NCBI RefSeq assembly: GCF_006345805.1
Contig: NC_042998.1
Span: 24,862,001 to 24,926,000, forward strand
Length of the DNA: 64,000 nucleotides
Direction: 5' to 3'
Origin: Octopus sinensis
Taxonomy: Eukaryota
Every line of letters starts with the position of its first letter. Within the stretch, counting starts at the first letter, position 1. This document shows, piece after piece, positions 24,798 to 37,254 of the stretch. A program made the position numbers and the translations under genes. The notes beneath the pieces were generated by a model, which saw only the letters and a list, made by a program, of their open reading frames with translations, searched no databases and was not told the DNA's origin.

Positions 24798-25171
24798 CTA
24801 CCTTTCTCTTTATAAATCTCCTATAAATTCCTCAAAACCCTGGTTTTGTTTCATTTTATTTAACATGCACGCACACACACACATGCACACACACACGTGT
24901 ATGTATATATATATATATATATATCTTTGTATCTTGCATATGGTAGATGTCTACCAGTGCACTCATAATGGCAAAAAGTGCCTGAAGAAATATATGTATT
25001 GAATTAAGGTGCCCCCCCATAGGGTTGCTGGATATTTAAATAACATTTAATAATATCCTATTGATATGGTGAGGTGGCCCCATAAAAGTACATGTAATGC
25101 TGAAACATTTAGCAATGCATTACTAGAAATATAAAACCTCCATGCAAAAAATATTCCTTGTTATTAAAACA

Positions 25172-25203
<32 letters not shown>

Positions 25204-25589
25204 AGAAATAGGTTTCAAAGAGAAAAATAAAGTACACGGGGTAGATATATGGGGAAAGTAAGAAGAAAAAAGGGGAAAATGCACATTGGATATAAAAAAT
25301 ATAAAGATTTTTTTTTAAAGTCATTATTTCGAATTGTTATCTCTTTAACAATTCAAAATAATGACTTTTATTCTTCTTAATTCTACCTCACTTCATTTAG
25401 TTGTATATATTTATCATTACTTTTCATAAAAAAGCCTTTATTTTTTTTTTAGATCCAATATGCATTTTGGCATTTTTCTTCTTACTTTCCATATATATAT
25501 ATATATACAATAGTCATCGACTATCGTGGGTGTTACATTCCAAACCTCTGCCACCCCCTCGATAGGTGTAAATCAGCAAAGTAGAAACA

Positions 25590-27030
25590 GTACTGTACTC
25601 TTTTTACTCTTTTTACTCTTTTACTTGTTTCAGTCATTTGACTGCGGCCATGCTGGAGCACCGCCTTTAGTCGAGCAAATCGACCCCGGGACTTATTCTT
25701 TGTAAGCCCAGTACTTATTCAATCGTACTCTTTTGCCGAACCACTAAGTGACGGGGATGTAAACACACCAGCATCGGTTGTCAAGCAATGCTAGAGGGAC
25801 AAACCACACACACAGAAACATACACACACATATATATATTATATATATATATTAAGTATGTAAAAAATACAACATGGACAAGAACGTATAACTCTTAGAA
25901 GACGACACAATAACATGGACAGGACATTCGAACCCCTCAGTCTTCAGTCAAGAACCGGATCATCGTAGTAATTTCGGCTGATTAATCTTGAGATTACTAG
26001 ATCATGGCCAGCCCTCCAAGAAAAACTAAGCAACGAGCATTAGAAAAACTAAGCTGGAAGCGTAGATTTCCTGGAAGAAGGATCGAATGCATACGAACAC
26101 CAGGACAGCAAAAGGACAGATATAAAAAAAACAAAAAACAATAATGAATACAGAAACATGAAATACAGAAGCATTAACGGTGAAAACAACAAGTGTCTTA
26201 CGACTGATGACAAGCAAACAAATTTTTCTCTGGCGCATTGGAAGAAGCCTTTATAGCGGCGGACGAAAACAAACGATGTTAACACGACGAGGGTCAGGAG
26301 CTGAAAGGCAGATTTCGGCCACAGTCACGTGACAGAGAAGAGGGAAAAAGAAAAGAAAGAGAAGCAAAGGAAGAGAGAGAGAGACGAGGGACAAAACACA
26401 CAACAAGAGAGAGAAGAGAGAGAAGAAGGGATCAGAGAGGAGAAGGGATGGGTGTCGAAGAATGACCTGTGAGTGCAGAGCGAGACAAAGAGAGAGAGAG
26501 GGGGACAGATCAAGTAAAAATGAGAGAGAGAGGGAGACAAAAAGAGAGTCGTACCAATTATTAAGAATATGTGCTCACATTAATGATAAGGTGGGTACGG
26601 GGCGCCTGAATATATGTTAAGGTATGTAGAAAAATACAACATGGACAAGAACGTATAACTCTTAGAAGACGACACAATAAACATGGACAGGACATTCGAA
26701 CCCCTCAGTCTTCAGTCAAGAACCGGATCATCGTAGTAATTTCGGCTGATAATCTTGAGATTACTAGATCACGGCCAGCCCTCCAAGAAAAACTAAGCAA
26801 CGAGCATTAGAAAAACTAAGCTGGAAGCGTAGATTTCCTGGAAGAAGGATCGAATGCATACATATATACGACAGGCTTCTTTCAGTTTCTGCCAACAAAT
26901 CCACTCACAAGGCTTTGATCGGCCCGAGGCTATAGCAGAAGACACTTGCCCAAGGTGCCACGCAGTGGGACTGAACCCGGAACCATGTGGTTGGTTAGCA
27001 AGCTACTTACCACACAGCCACTCCTGCGCC
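25590..27030 (-). mobile_element. SINE B interrupted in its TA linker by a ~1-kb element
   Basis: 3' half at 25590-25830, 5' half at 26862-27030. Confidence 0.85.
25850..26861. mobile_element. LTR-like or pLTR-like non-coding element with partial tandem repeat
   Basis: 25850-26094 and 26615-26861 are near-identical (~245 bp). The long unit runs T(A/G)TTAAG...GCTCACA (25850-26579) and is followed by a 35-bp spacer. Confidence 0.7.
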
Positions 27031-27382
27031 TGTATATTATTTTTTTTTGTTATTTTTATAATTTGTATATATTTATTTTATTATAAATGCAAAACAACAC
27101 CACGGAGGAATCGACATAAGCTTAAATTATAAACCGCGACAGGTGACCCACGATATGGTGAGGGATTACTGTATATTGTATATATACACAATGAGTTTCT
27201 TTCAATTTCTCTCTACCATATCCAACCAGAAGGCTTTGGTCAGCCTTGGCCAATTGGGTAAGACACTTTCCAAATATGGAACAGAATGGGACTGAACTCA
27301 AAACTGCATGGTTGGGAAGCCATCTTCTTAACCACTCAGCTATGCCTGAATCTTTCTGAATATATCATCTGAAAATGCACAA

Positions 27383-27775
27383 TACTCTTTTACTCTTTTA
27401 CTTGCTTCAGTCATTTGATTGCGGCCATGCTGGAGCACTGCCTTTTTAGTCGAGCAAATCGACCCTAGGATTTATTCTTTGTAAGCCTAGTACTTATTCT
27501 ATCAGTCTCTTTTGCCAAACTGCTAAGTTACAGGAATGTAAACACACCACCATCGGTTGTTAAGCGATGTTGGGGAGACAAACACACATACATATATATA
27601 TACATATATACAACAGGCTTCTTTCAGTTTCCGTCTACCAGTTCTACTCACAAGGCTTTGGTCGGCCTGAGGCTATAGTAGAAGACACTTGCCCAAAATG
27701 CCAGGCAGTGGGACTGAACCCAGAACCATGTAGTTGGTAAGCAAGCTACTTACCACACAGCCAATCCTGCACTTA
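27383..27775 (-). mobile_element. SINE B
   Basis: Reverse-complement match to family B. Confidence 0.85.
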
Positions 27776-27989
27776 TGTTTATTAAAATTTAGCAATTGTT
27801 CTCTTTTATCAAGAATATAAGTTTCAACTGTGAGAAATTATTAGTTTTTATTTCAGATTAAATTATTTAATTACTTTAGTCAAGATTAATTTTGAGATAC
27901 TTAATGTAAGCAGAAGTGATTTAAAAATCTTAACAAAACTTAATTTCACTGTGAGAAAAATATTAACGAATGTCTAATGTTATTTTAAA

Positions 27990-28719
27990 TATTATTATTA
28001 TTGCTTTTGCACAGCTTCTAATTTTGGAGATGTACTACAGTTTCAGCTGTTCACTACCAGGGAACTAAGGTAACACCTCTTATTTTTCGAGCACCTTCTG
28101 GAGTATTCGAGTGGTTCCAAGCAGTGTTGTTTTCTGCAAGTGCTCCACCCTTATTGCAGCCCCTATTTGTTCAATATACTTCTCAAAAATTTTACTCACT
28201 GTTCCCAGAGTGCCAATAATTATTGGTACTACTACCACTTTTTTTCATCGACTACAACTGCTTATCCTCCCAAGCTAACCTGTCATATCTATCGACTTTT
28301 CTTTCTTCCTTATCGCATACTTTGATGTCAGCTGGACATGCTATATCCATGATCCAGCGTAGTTTGTTTTCTTTCTCAATTAAGACTATGTCTGGCTTCC
28401 TATTCTCTATCTCATGGTTATACTGAATCGAAAAATCCCATAGGCTCTTTGCCTTATTATTTTTGATGATGCCTTCGGGTTTGTGGTTGTACCAATATTT
28501 TGCTGTGTCAAGTCCATACTTATTGCAAAGTGTCCAATGGACAAGCCTGGCTTTATTGTCATGGCATCTTTTATATTCCTTCTGGGCTAGTGGCGTACAT
28601 TGGCTGGTAATATGCTAAACGGTTTCACCATTTTGCCTGCAGATTCTGCACTTATCACTTTCTGATGTGTTGTCTGTTCTGTATTTTATGTAGTTTGTTC
28701 TTAGTGCTTGCTCTTGGGC
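27990..28719 (-). mobile_element. R4/Dong-type non-LTR retrotransposon 3' fragment (restriction-like endonuclease domain)
   Basis: Minus translation AQEQALRTNYIK...DKCRICRQNGETV*HITSQC (CCHC)...LWDF...NRKPDIV...MDIACPAD...VVPIIIGTLG...LLGTTRILQKVLEK*. Two internal stops and one frameshift; (TAA)n tail. Confidence 0.9.
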
Positions 28720-28808
28720 AGAATTTGAACTCAGACGAACTCATAACGACAGACGAAATGCCGCTAAGCATTTCGCCCGGCATGCTAACGTTTCTGCCAG
28801 CTCGCCAT
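28719..28808 (-). mobile_element. SINE A tRNA-like head fused directly to the RLE fragment
   Basis: Minus strand GGCGAGCTGGCAGAAACGTTAGC...GAGTTCAAATTCTGCC continues into CAAGAGCAAGCACTAAG. Confidence 0.85.
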
Positions 28809-29426
28809 AGCCAAAGACCATGTTCCACTGCCATAAATACAGAATAAATTAAACAAACCAATTAGCTAAGAATCTGTAGATATATTCTGTAATACATTGT
28901 ACTCAGTAATATGCTGTAACAACTTTAAACCAAAATCCTCTTAAAATTCTACAGATATTTTAATCCAGCAAGCTGCCAAGAATGCATTATGTAAGAAAGC
29001 TGATCTAATTTAGTTAAGTCGTCGTTTGTAATTGTAAGTTTATAAACAGTGAAGCATTTCTTCTGTTACATCTATGTAGAGTTAAAGAGAGTAATCAGTG
29101 ACTGAAGAAATCCTAACACTAGATTGAAACTAATCCAGCTGATCCTTCTTTATATTGTCGACAAAAGATAATACATCTGGAGATAAACTCTCTTTAGATC
29201 TGTCTATACATGGGCTGTTGACTATGAATGAGTGTTTGTGTGTGTGCATGTGTGTTTCATCCTCATCGTCATCATCATCATTTAACGCCCGCTTTGCCTG
29301 CTGGCATGGGTTGGTCAGTTCAACTGAGGACTGCCAAAACTTGACTCTAAAACCACATTAAATGTTCATACAGCACCAGGAGAGAAGACAGAGACAAAAT
29401 AAACTAGCAAAAAAAAATTACTGGAT

Positions 29427-29487
29427 TATTCCATATCCCGGATTTCTGGCTCTGCATAAGAAGTGCTCTGCCTTCATCAGTGGAATA
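29427..29487 (-). ncRNA. type I hammerhead ribozyme candidate
   Basis: UAUUCCA-CUGAUGA-A-GGC(AGA)GCA(CUUCUUA)UGC(AGA)GCC-A-GAAAUCCGGGAUA/UGGAAUA: 7-bp stem I, bipartite stem II, near-palindromic stem III, UA cleavage site. Confidence 0.7.
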
Positions 29488-29680
29488 TACTCAGAAAGCA
29501 CATAAATACAAATATATATATATACAACATACGATATACTTACATATACATACATATATATCCACGCATGAACAAGACCAGTTTAAATTTAAATATATAT
29601 ATATATACATATGTATGTATGTACGTATGTATGTATGTATGTATGAATGTATGTATGTATGTATGTATGTATATATATAT

Positions 29681-29737
<57 letters not shown>

Positions 29738-30662
29738 AATAATGAAATTATTGTATACAGTGCTCAGGTGCATCACAACTTGTCAGAAAGTGCATATAAA
29801 GTGTATGCAGTAATGTACAAATGTCTGGAAAGTGAAAAATGTATGAGTCAGATATATGCTTGTGCATGTATGGAGGGGAGAAAATCAGGTGTAGTGTTGG
29901 CGAATCTCAGGAAGCATGGAAGTTTTGAAGGATGCAGTGCCCCGACAACAAACAACTGATGCCGGCAGTTTGTTCCATGCTTCAGCAACTTTCAGCGTGT
30001 ATGTGTGCGTAAGCAAAGCCAGGTGGCACATTGGGTGACAATGCTAACTTTTTAATTACAGATACCTACAGCATCCACTTTATTCCTATGCAATTTCATT
30101 CTCAAGACTTGGGTTAACCTGAAGCTATAGTAGAACCTGCATATCGATATTTGTCTTGTCAGCTTTAAATGAACTCTTTTAAAAAGATTTTAAAAGCAGC
30201 AGTTCAAATTAAGGGAAAACATTTAATTGTTTCTTTCATTTGCATGTAATGAAAATATTTATTTTATGTCACATAGAACCACAAAAACAAAACATGAACG
30301 AAATAAAACAAATATTTTTCTGAATGTCAGAGCATCACAACATATTTTAATGTGACAATAAAATAAATAATATGAGATATCTTGAAGCAGATTATTACAA
30401 CAGTGAGAAAAATACTGTTGAAGCAAATTTTTCTCCAAGAAGTAGATTTTTGTTTAAGTCATCTAATTTTTCAATATTATTGATTTTTAAATTCTGTTTT
30501 TAAAAAATTTTAATACAATTAAATAAAGGTGAATATTCATTTCTGAAGCTTAACTACTGCAGTTAAATAATCAAGTGGAAATTAAAAGCTGTTCATCCAA
30601 GATTATAATGTCAACAAATCCAAAGGTCATACTTTTGGCAATGGAATACTGGTACCCTTGCT

Positions 30663-31145
30663 GAAACGTGAGCACACCAGGCGAAATGCTTTGCAGTATT
30701 TCGTCTGCCACTACGTTGTGAGTTCAAATCCCGCCGAGGTCGACTTTGCCTTTCATCCTTTCGGGGTTGATAAATTAAGTGCCAGTTACGCACTGGGGTC
30801 GATGTAATCGACTTAATCCGTTTGTCTGTCCTTGTTTGTCCTCTCTGAGTTTAGCCCCTTGTGGGTAGTAAAGAAATAGGTACCCTTGCTTTTGCTGCAA
30901 CTACCCCTACCAGCAAGGCAGCGAGCTGGCAGAAACATTAGCACGCTAGGTGAAATGCATAGCCGTATTTCGTCTGCCGCTATGTTCTGAGTTCAAATTC
31001 CACTGAGGTTGACTTTGCTTTTCATCCTTTCAGGGTCGAAAGATTAAGTATCAGTTACGCACTGGGTCGATGTAATCGACTTAATCCGTTTGTCTATCCT
31101 TGTTTGTCCCCTCTGTGTTTAGCCCCTTGTGGGTAGTAAAGAAAT
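30663..31145 (+). mobile_element. two adjacent SINE A1 copies, each with a TSD
   Basis: TSD GGTACCCTTGCT at 30651/30879; TSD AACTACCCCTAC at 30899/31146. Confidence 0.9.
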
Positions 31146-31162
31146 AACTACCCCTACTAGTG

Positions 31163-31555
31163 TGGAGATGCAATGGCCCAGTGGTTAAGGCAGTGGACTC
31201 ACCGTTCTAGGATTGTGGTTTCAATTCCCAGACCAGGCATTGTGAGTGTTTATTGTACGAAAACATCTAAAGCTCCACGAGGCTCTGGCAGGGGGGGGTG
31301 GGGGCAAGCCCTGTTGTACTCTTTCACCACAAATTTCTCTCACTCTTTCTTCCTGTTTCTCTTGTACCTGAATTTCAAAAGGCCAGCCTTGTCACACTCT
31401 GTGTCACATTGAATCTCCCTGGGAACTATTACATTAAGGATACATGCATCTGTAGAATGCTCAACCATTTGCACATTAATTTCACGAGCAGGCTGTTCTG
31501 TTGATTGGATCAACTGGAACCCTCATCATTGTAACCGACTGAGTACCATGACTCC
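31163..31555 (+). mobile_element. SINE with a family-D-like head and a different 3' half
   Basis: GTGGAGATGCAATGGCCCAGTGGTTAAGGC...AAAGCTCCACGAGGCTC...TTTCTCTCACTCTTTC matches family D, then the sequence diverges. Confidence 0.65.
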
Positions 31556-31615
31556 TACTAGTGAAGGCACATGCATATATGTATTCCATAAAACTCAAAA
31601 CAAGTGAAATTCAAT

Positions 31616-32100
31616 TCAAACAACTTTTATCCAAATCAAATTTCCTACTCTCACTTGCTTTCTATAAAATAAGAATTCTCTCTCATTTGGTACTTGAAGA
31701 AATTGATGAGGATTTAGTTGGCTTTTACTGAGTAGTTGACCTGTAAAAGCTACCAGACACAGGAAAACTACCAATTTTTTGTTATCAAAAGAAGGTAAAG
31801 GGGCAATCTTCACAAGAATATTGGACACCAACTAAATTTACTAAGGGACACAACCATTTATAATAATTTCAAACTGGAATCACTTCTCTTCAGAAAGAAT
31901 AACTTACTCCCATTCATTTTTTAGTAATATAAGCCACTTTGTTCATAGCCTCTTACTTATTCCTATCTACCAGAAGATCTGGGCCCAATCAGTCTCAAGT
32001 TCACTAACCATATCTTCACATCAGAAACAAACTGACTGGCATACTCTTACTTTTCTAAGGCTTGTTTTTGTAACTACTAAGCTGCAAGTTCATCAATGCA
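31616..32100 (-). mobile_element. old decayed Tx1/L1-like 3' fragment
   Basis: SNILVKIAPLPSFDNKKLVVFLCLVA and LINFFKY align with the 8495-8881 element ([32 protein letters not shown]). Confidence 0.55.
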
Positions 32101-32764
32101 TCCTGGTTAACTGTGCTTCTGTTACTGCCTTGTATTTCACCAGTTTGGTGTGGATCTCTTAGATTTCTGACATATCTTGACAATGAAACCGTTGCTTATG
32201 CAAACATTACTCAGTTTAAGTTTAATGCCTCTCGGCAACATAAATAGAATATTTTCTAATCATTACCCTTCAAAAAGAATTCTTAAAAACACTGTTATGC
32301 CGTTAGAATTTTTTGTTACAATCATCAAGAATGCGGAGGAGAAGAGTTGCAGCTCATGGTTCACTTTGTAAAACGGTACCATTCTACTTTAAACAAGAAA
32401 TAAAATAAACCAATGTAAAAGAAAAAAGAAATATCCATTGTTTGGAACTGCTTGTATCAAAATGCCTTTTCTAACTGAAGTACTCAAGTCTTGATGAGAC
32501 TAGAAAAGAAATTATATTAATTTTCCAGCAGACAACATTTCACAGACAGACTTAAAGCATTAACAAAGTTGATGAAATTAATTCTCTCTCTCTCCCTCTT
32601 GTGGTGTTTAATTTCTTTCTGTTTCTCTCCGATTCTCTTTCTTATATTTCATGCCTTTCTGTAATATTTTACCCCTTTAATTCTAATTATTAAATTCATG
32701 TGTTAAGAAACTACTCCAAAGACAATCAAATAGGAAGATAGCTATTAAAGTTGGTTTTGTCGTT

Positions 32765-33010
32765 ATTAGAAAGGCAATTAAGACCAGGAAGGCTGGAAAA
32801 GCAGCAGTTCCATTGAGAATAATTGCTGAGATGTTGAAAGAATCAGGCAACAAACTGTGAGTGTTAATTACTCAGTTAATCAGGTAGGGCAGGTAGAAAG
32901 GTGTTAATGAAAAACAAGTGATATAGCAAGTAGTATATTATAAGCTGTTATGGGGTGAAATGAGTTCAGCTGAAATAGAGACATTACAGACGTCTCAGTT
33001 TAATTTGTTA
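32765..33010 (+). mobile_element. decayed RTE-like RT N-terminal fragment
   Basis: IRKAIKTRKAGKAAVPLRIIAEMLKESG resembles the KAIK..K.GKA.GP.GI.AEMLK motif upstream of RTE reverse transcriptase. Confidence 0.55.
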
Positions 33011-33327
33011 GGTTTTTAATGGAGTCAACAGTCTTAGGAATTCCAGACTGTTGGGGGGGGGAAGCTATCTTCAAACTGGAGATTTAATCTGAATGCTCTC
33101 TACAGAGTGGACTCCACCAAAGGTGGGTACCAGGTAATGGTTTTTTAAACTAAGTAATGGATTAAATCTACCATCCAAGTGAATCATGGCAGTATTTGAA
33201 TTCAGAACAAAAAGAGATGGAACAATACTGCAAGGTATCCAATCTGATATTCTTACTGTTCTGCCAACCCGCTACCTTTGTACTAGTTTTTTGTTATCGC
33301 TATATATCATCATCACTACCACCACCA

Positions 33328-33915
33328 CTGAGGTTGATGTAATCGACTTAATCCCTTTGTCTGTCCTTGTTTGCATGCTGGGTGAAATGCTTAGTGGTAT
33401 TTCGTCTGTCTTTACATTCTGAGTTCAAATTCTGCCAAGGTCGACTTTGCCTTTCATCCTTTTGGTGTCAGTAAATTAACTACCAGTTATGTATTGGGGT
33501 CGATATAATCGAGTGGCTTCCTCCCCAGAAATTTCTGGCCTTGTGCCTAGAGGAGAAAATAATATTTCATTCTTCTCCACTTTTATTCTGCTGAAGCCGA
33601 CTTTGCCTTTCACCTTTCAGGGTTGATAAATTAAGTACCAGTTGCATACTGGGGTCAATCTAATCGACTGGCCTCCACCTCACCCAAAATTTTGAGCTTT
33701 GTGCCTACAGTAGAAAAGAATCATTAGTACACCAGGCAAAATGTTCAATGGTGTTTCATCCAATTTTATGTTCTGAGTTCAAATTCTGCTAAAGCTGATT
33801 TTACCTTTCACCCGTTCAGGATTAATAAAATAAGAATCAGTCAAGTGCTTGTAGTTGATGTAACTGACTCACCCAACACCTGGCATTGCTGGCCTTGTGC
33901 CAAAATTTGAAGCCA
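33328..33915 (+). mobile_element. head-to-tail cluster of partial SINE A copies
   Basis: Three A cores with A2-like tails preceded by an A1 tail fragment. Confidence 0.75.
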
Positions 33916-34019
33916 ATCTTTGAAACTAGAATGTACAAGGATGGAACTGCATACTCTTGATTTCAAATACTGTCAACATCAAAAGTTGTATATATCCACT
34001 ATCAGCAATGGTGTGTTGG

Positions 34020-34309
34020 GGTTTGTTCTTTTTTGAACGATGCCTCACTCATCAGGGCTGTTTTCCTGGTTTCATTGGTGTATAGGTTCCCCACCAGGAT
34101 GGGATGCTGATTCATTGCAGGTGAGCTGCAGGAGGAAAGAGTGAGAGAAAGTTATGGTGAAAGTGTCAGCAGAAGTTCACCATTACCTTCTACCTGAGCT
34201 GCAGGGAGCTTAGGTGGTTCACTCATAAACATACACATCGCCCGATCTGAGATTTGAACACATGATCCCTTGACCACAAGTCTGCTGCTTTAACCACTAG
34301 GCCATGTAC

Positions 34310-34351
<42 letters not shown>

Positions 34352-34654
34352 TGTTTGTTTCTTCTCGAGCCATGCCTGGGTCATCAAGGCTGGTTTCCCA
34401 GTTTCATTGGCATATAGGTGTCTCACCTGGACTGGACGCCGGTCCATTGTAGGTGAGCTGCTAGATGCAGGAGGAAAGTGTGAGAGAAAGTTATGGTGAA
34501 AGAGTCAGCAGAAGTTTACCATTACCTTCTGTCAGAGCTACATGGAGATTAGGTGTTTCACACATAAACACACACATTGCCCAGTCTGAGATTCGAACCC
34601 ACGATCCCTCGGCCACAAGTCTGCTGCTCTAACCACTTGGCCACGTGCCTCCAC
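34020..34654 (-). mobile_element. two tandem SINE D copies separated by (CA)n
   Basis: 34020-34312 and 34351-34654 both match 1169-1444. Confidence 0.85.
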
Positions 34655-35324
34655 AGCAATGGTATACAACACAGAAAATAAGGATTCTATCCACAGACAT
34701 AATTTTATTAATATTAAACAATGAGATTGATCGTAATTGTAGCGATATCAAATTTGACAGAACAATACAAGCATTATCAGAAACTACATCAAGCTTAACT
34801 ATATCTGAATTGACTACGGCATCAACATTATCAATATTTACTTTTGCCTCACTGAATTACGACATTAAATTATTTTCTAGGGAATACACTTTTACTTTAA
34901 TCATGAAGTTATATTGGATGATATATTCACTTAGGCTATTAGACTAGATACAAACACTGGAATATAGAGGATAAGAAGAAAGCTTTCATCTGAGAAAATT
35001 AATAAAATATCATCTGTTGAAGACTGCTTTGGTATCATTAATTTTGTTCTGAACAGACTTTGCTAGTGTGTGGTTTAAAATAATTACCGAACGCAGATAA
35101 GACTATTTGAATGTTGTTTTGTCCTTTTGTTTCAAATTTTGATCGGTTAGTCTATTGGCAATTTAACATTAATAACACACTTCTGATATGGTACCCAAAG
35201 CCATTTTAGAGAACATAAAAATTAAGGAACACGATAAACAAATTATTGCTGAAAGAAACTATTGATCCATGCCACAAGGTCTCATATTGAAAATTATAAT
35301 AGAAGGATGTTAGTGTAAAGACAG

Positions 35325-35397
<73 letters not shown>

Positions 35398-35610
35398 TGT
35401 TTAAATCAGGTCAATGACTCAATGAAATTTAAGCTAATCTTTCGAGCCTTGAGTCATATCACTATTTTACAGAAACCTATTGCTTCTGTAAATTATAACG
35501 GATAAATTTTTACTTTAACTTTTTTAATACCAATCTGACCAAGACAACATATATTATTAATATTGTTCAAATATAAATCAAAACCTCATTAGAAATAACA
35601 TGTTATTCTA

Positions 35611-36176
35611 TTGGGTTGTCCGGAAAGTTTGTGCCGATTTTCAAAGGAAAGACAAAGGTCAATAAATACTTGCCATTACATTTTTAATCAACCAAATATG
35701 AACCATTTTGTTGCACAATGCATCTCCATCTTTCCTTTAACTTGAAAATACCCTCTTCCCAGAATTGAGGTGGTTTCATGGCAAAGAATTCACCAAGGTG
35801 TCTTTTTTTGTCATCCAAGGAATTGAAATTTTTACCATTAAGACTATTCTGTGGCGACCTGAATAAGCATCAATTTGAAGGAGCAACATCTGGTGAATAT
35901 GGAGGGTGGGGTAACGCATCCCAGCCGAGCTGCAGCAATTTTTGTCTGGTTCCCAAAGCATCAAGTGCCGAAAATGAACTTTCTTATCTTCCATTTTAAA
36001 GGTTTACAGAATTAACACAGGTTATAGGAACATAAACCTTCTTCCACAAAAAGATAGCTTAAACTGTGCTCTAAATGGAAGTGTAGTCAAATCCTATTTT
36101 ATGGACTCAACCATGTTCTAAAATAAATCGAAATGTAAGCTACTATAAATCGGCACAAACTTTCCGGATAACCCAA
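35611..36176 (-). mobile_element. internally deleted mariner transposon
   Basis: TA|TTGGGTTGTCCGGAAAGTTTGTGCCGATTT ... AAATCGGCACAAACTTTCCGGATAACCCAA|TA. Minus strand encodes the N-terminus MEDKKVHFRHLML joined to C-terminal LGWDALPHPPYSPDVAPS...FWEEGIFKLKERW. Confidence 0.92.
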
Positions 36177-36419
36177 TATATTGTTAATACAAGCATCACC
36201 ACATTGTCCTGTTTATATCCAGGTCAGTCTACCTTAATCTTCTGCTGTACTGCTTGTCATCACCTTGTGTCAAACTAAGTGCAAACATACTTTTGCTCTG
36301 TTTCTCTTATGCATCTCCTAGATCTCTACCATTGCTTTATCTCCTGGGACTCACACATCTCTGTCCTATCTTGTCCTTTCAGTCATGCTGCATTGTCTTG
36401 AATATCTCTTTCTCTTTCT

Positions 36420-36830
36420 CTCTTTTCTCTTTTACTTGTTGCAGTCATTTGACTGCGGCCATGCTGGAGCACTGCCTTTAGTCAAGCAAATCAACCCAGG
36501 ACTTAGTCATTGGAAGCCTAGTACTTATTCTCTCAGTCTCTTTTGCTGAACTGCTGTGTTACAGAGACGTAAACACACCAGCATCAGTTGTCAAGCGATG
36601 TTGGAGGGACAAACACAGACACAAAAACATATACACACACATACATATATATACTATACATATATACGACAGGCTTCTTTCAGTTTCCGTCTACTAAATC
36701 CACTCACAAGGCTTTGGTCAGCCTGAGGCTATAGTAGACGATGCTTGCCCAAGGTGTCATGCAGTGGGAATGAACCCGGAACCATGTGGTTGGTAAGCAA
36801 GCTACTTACCACACAGCCACTCCTACGCCT
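36420..36830 (-). mobile_element. SINE B
   Basis: Reverse-complement match to family B. Confidence 0.85.
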
Positions 36831-37254
36831 ATCTTTACCAATCTCAGAATGCCGAAGGCTCTTAGTGCTCCACTCTTTAACACTCCTCCCTCTCATCATT
36901 ATCATTCATTCCTATATTTACTCATGTTTCTAATTCTGAGATGAGACAGGCAAACAATCTGAGATGTGGGGTTGTACCATTCCTTGTAGTCATGCTAAGG
37001 ACATGGAAACCTTTCTTGTGCTGGTATAAAAAGAATAAATACTCTCAGTACACTCTTTAAAGTATGAGGTTGTGAGGGCTTTTTATTCTTGTCAAGGAAA
37101 TGATACTTCTTTAGTGCTGGTGCCACAAAAAATAAAACATCCAGTATACTCTGTAGTAAAGTTGCTGGTGTCAGGAAGGAGGGAAAAGATGCAAAATGAA
37201 ACAACAGGCAAGCAAGAGATCTAAATGTGTGTTGATTCTGACTGTAACAACCCA

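Noticed and set aside
25915-25960. Minus-strand CTGAAGA...CGAATGTC in the duplicated element (also at ~26685-26725)
   Set aside because: GAAA is incomplete and neither stem I nor stem II pairs, in either copy.
31860-31930. NEWE*VILSEEK*F resembles the Tc1 'W..VIFSDEKKF' motif
   Set aside because: Adjacent sequence aligns with the Tx1/L1-like element at 8.5 kb and no Tc1 TIRs are seen.
34645-35070. 100-aa ORF with protein-like reading on both strands
   Set aside because: Strand is ambiguous, there is no motif, and it starts inside a SINE end.
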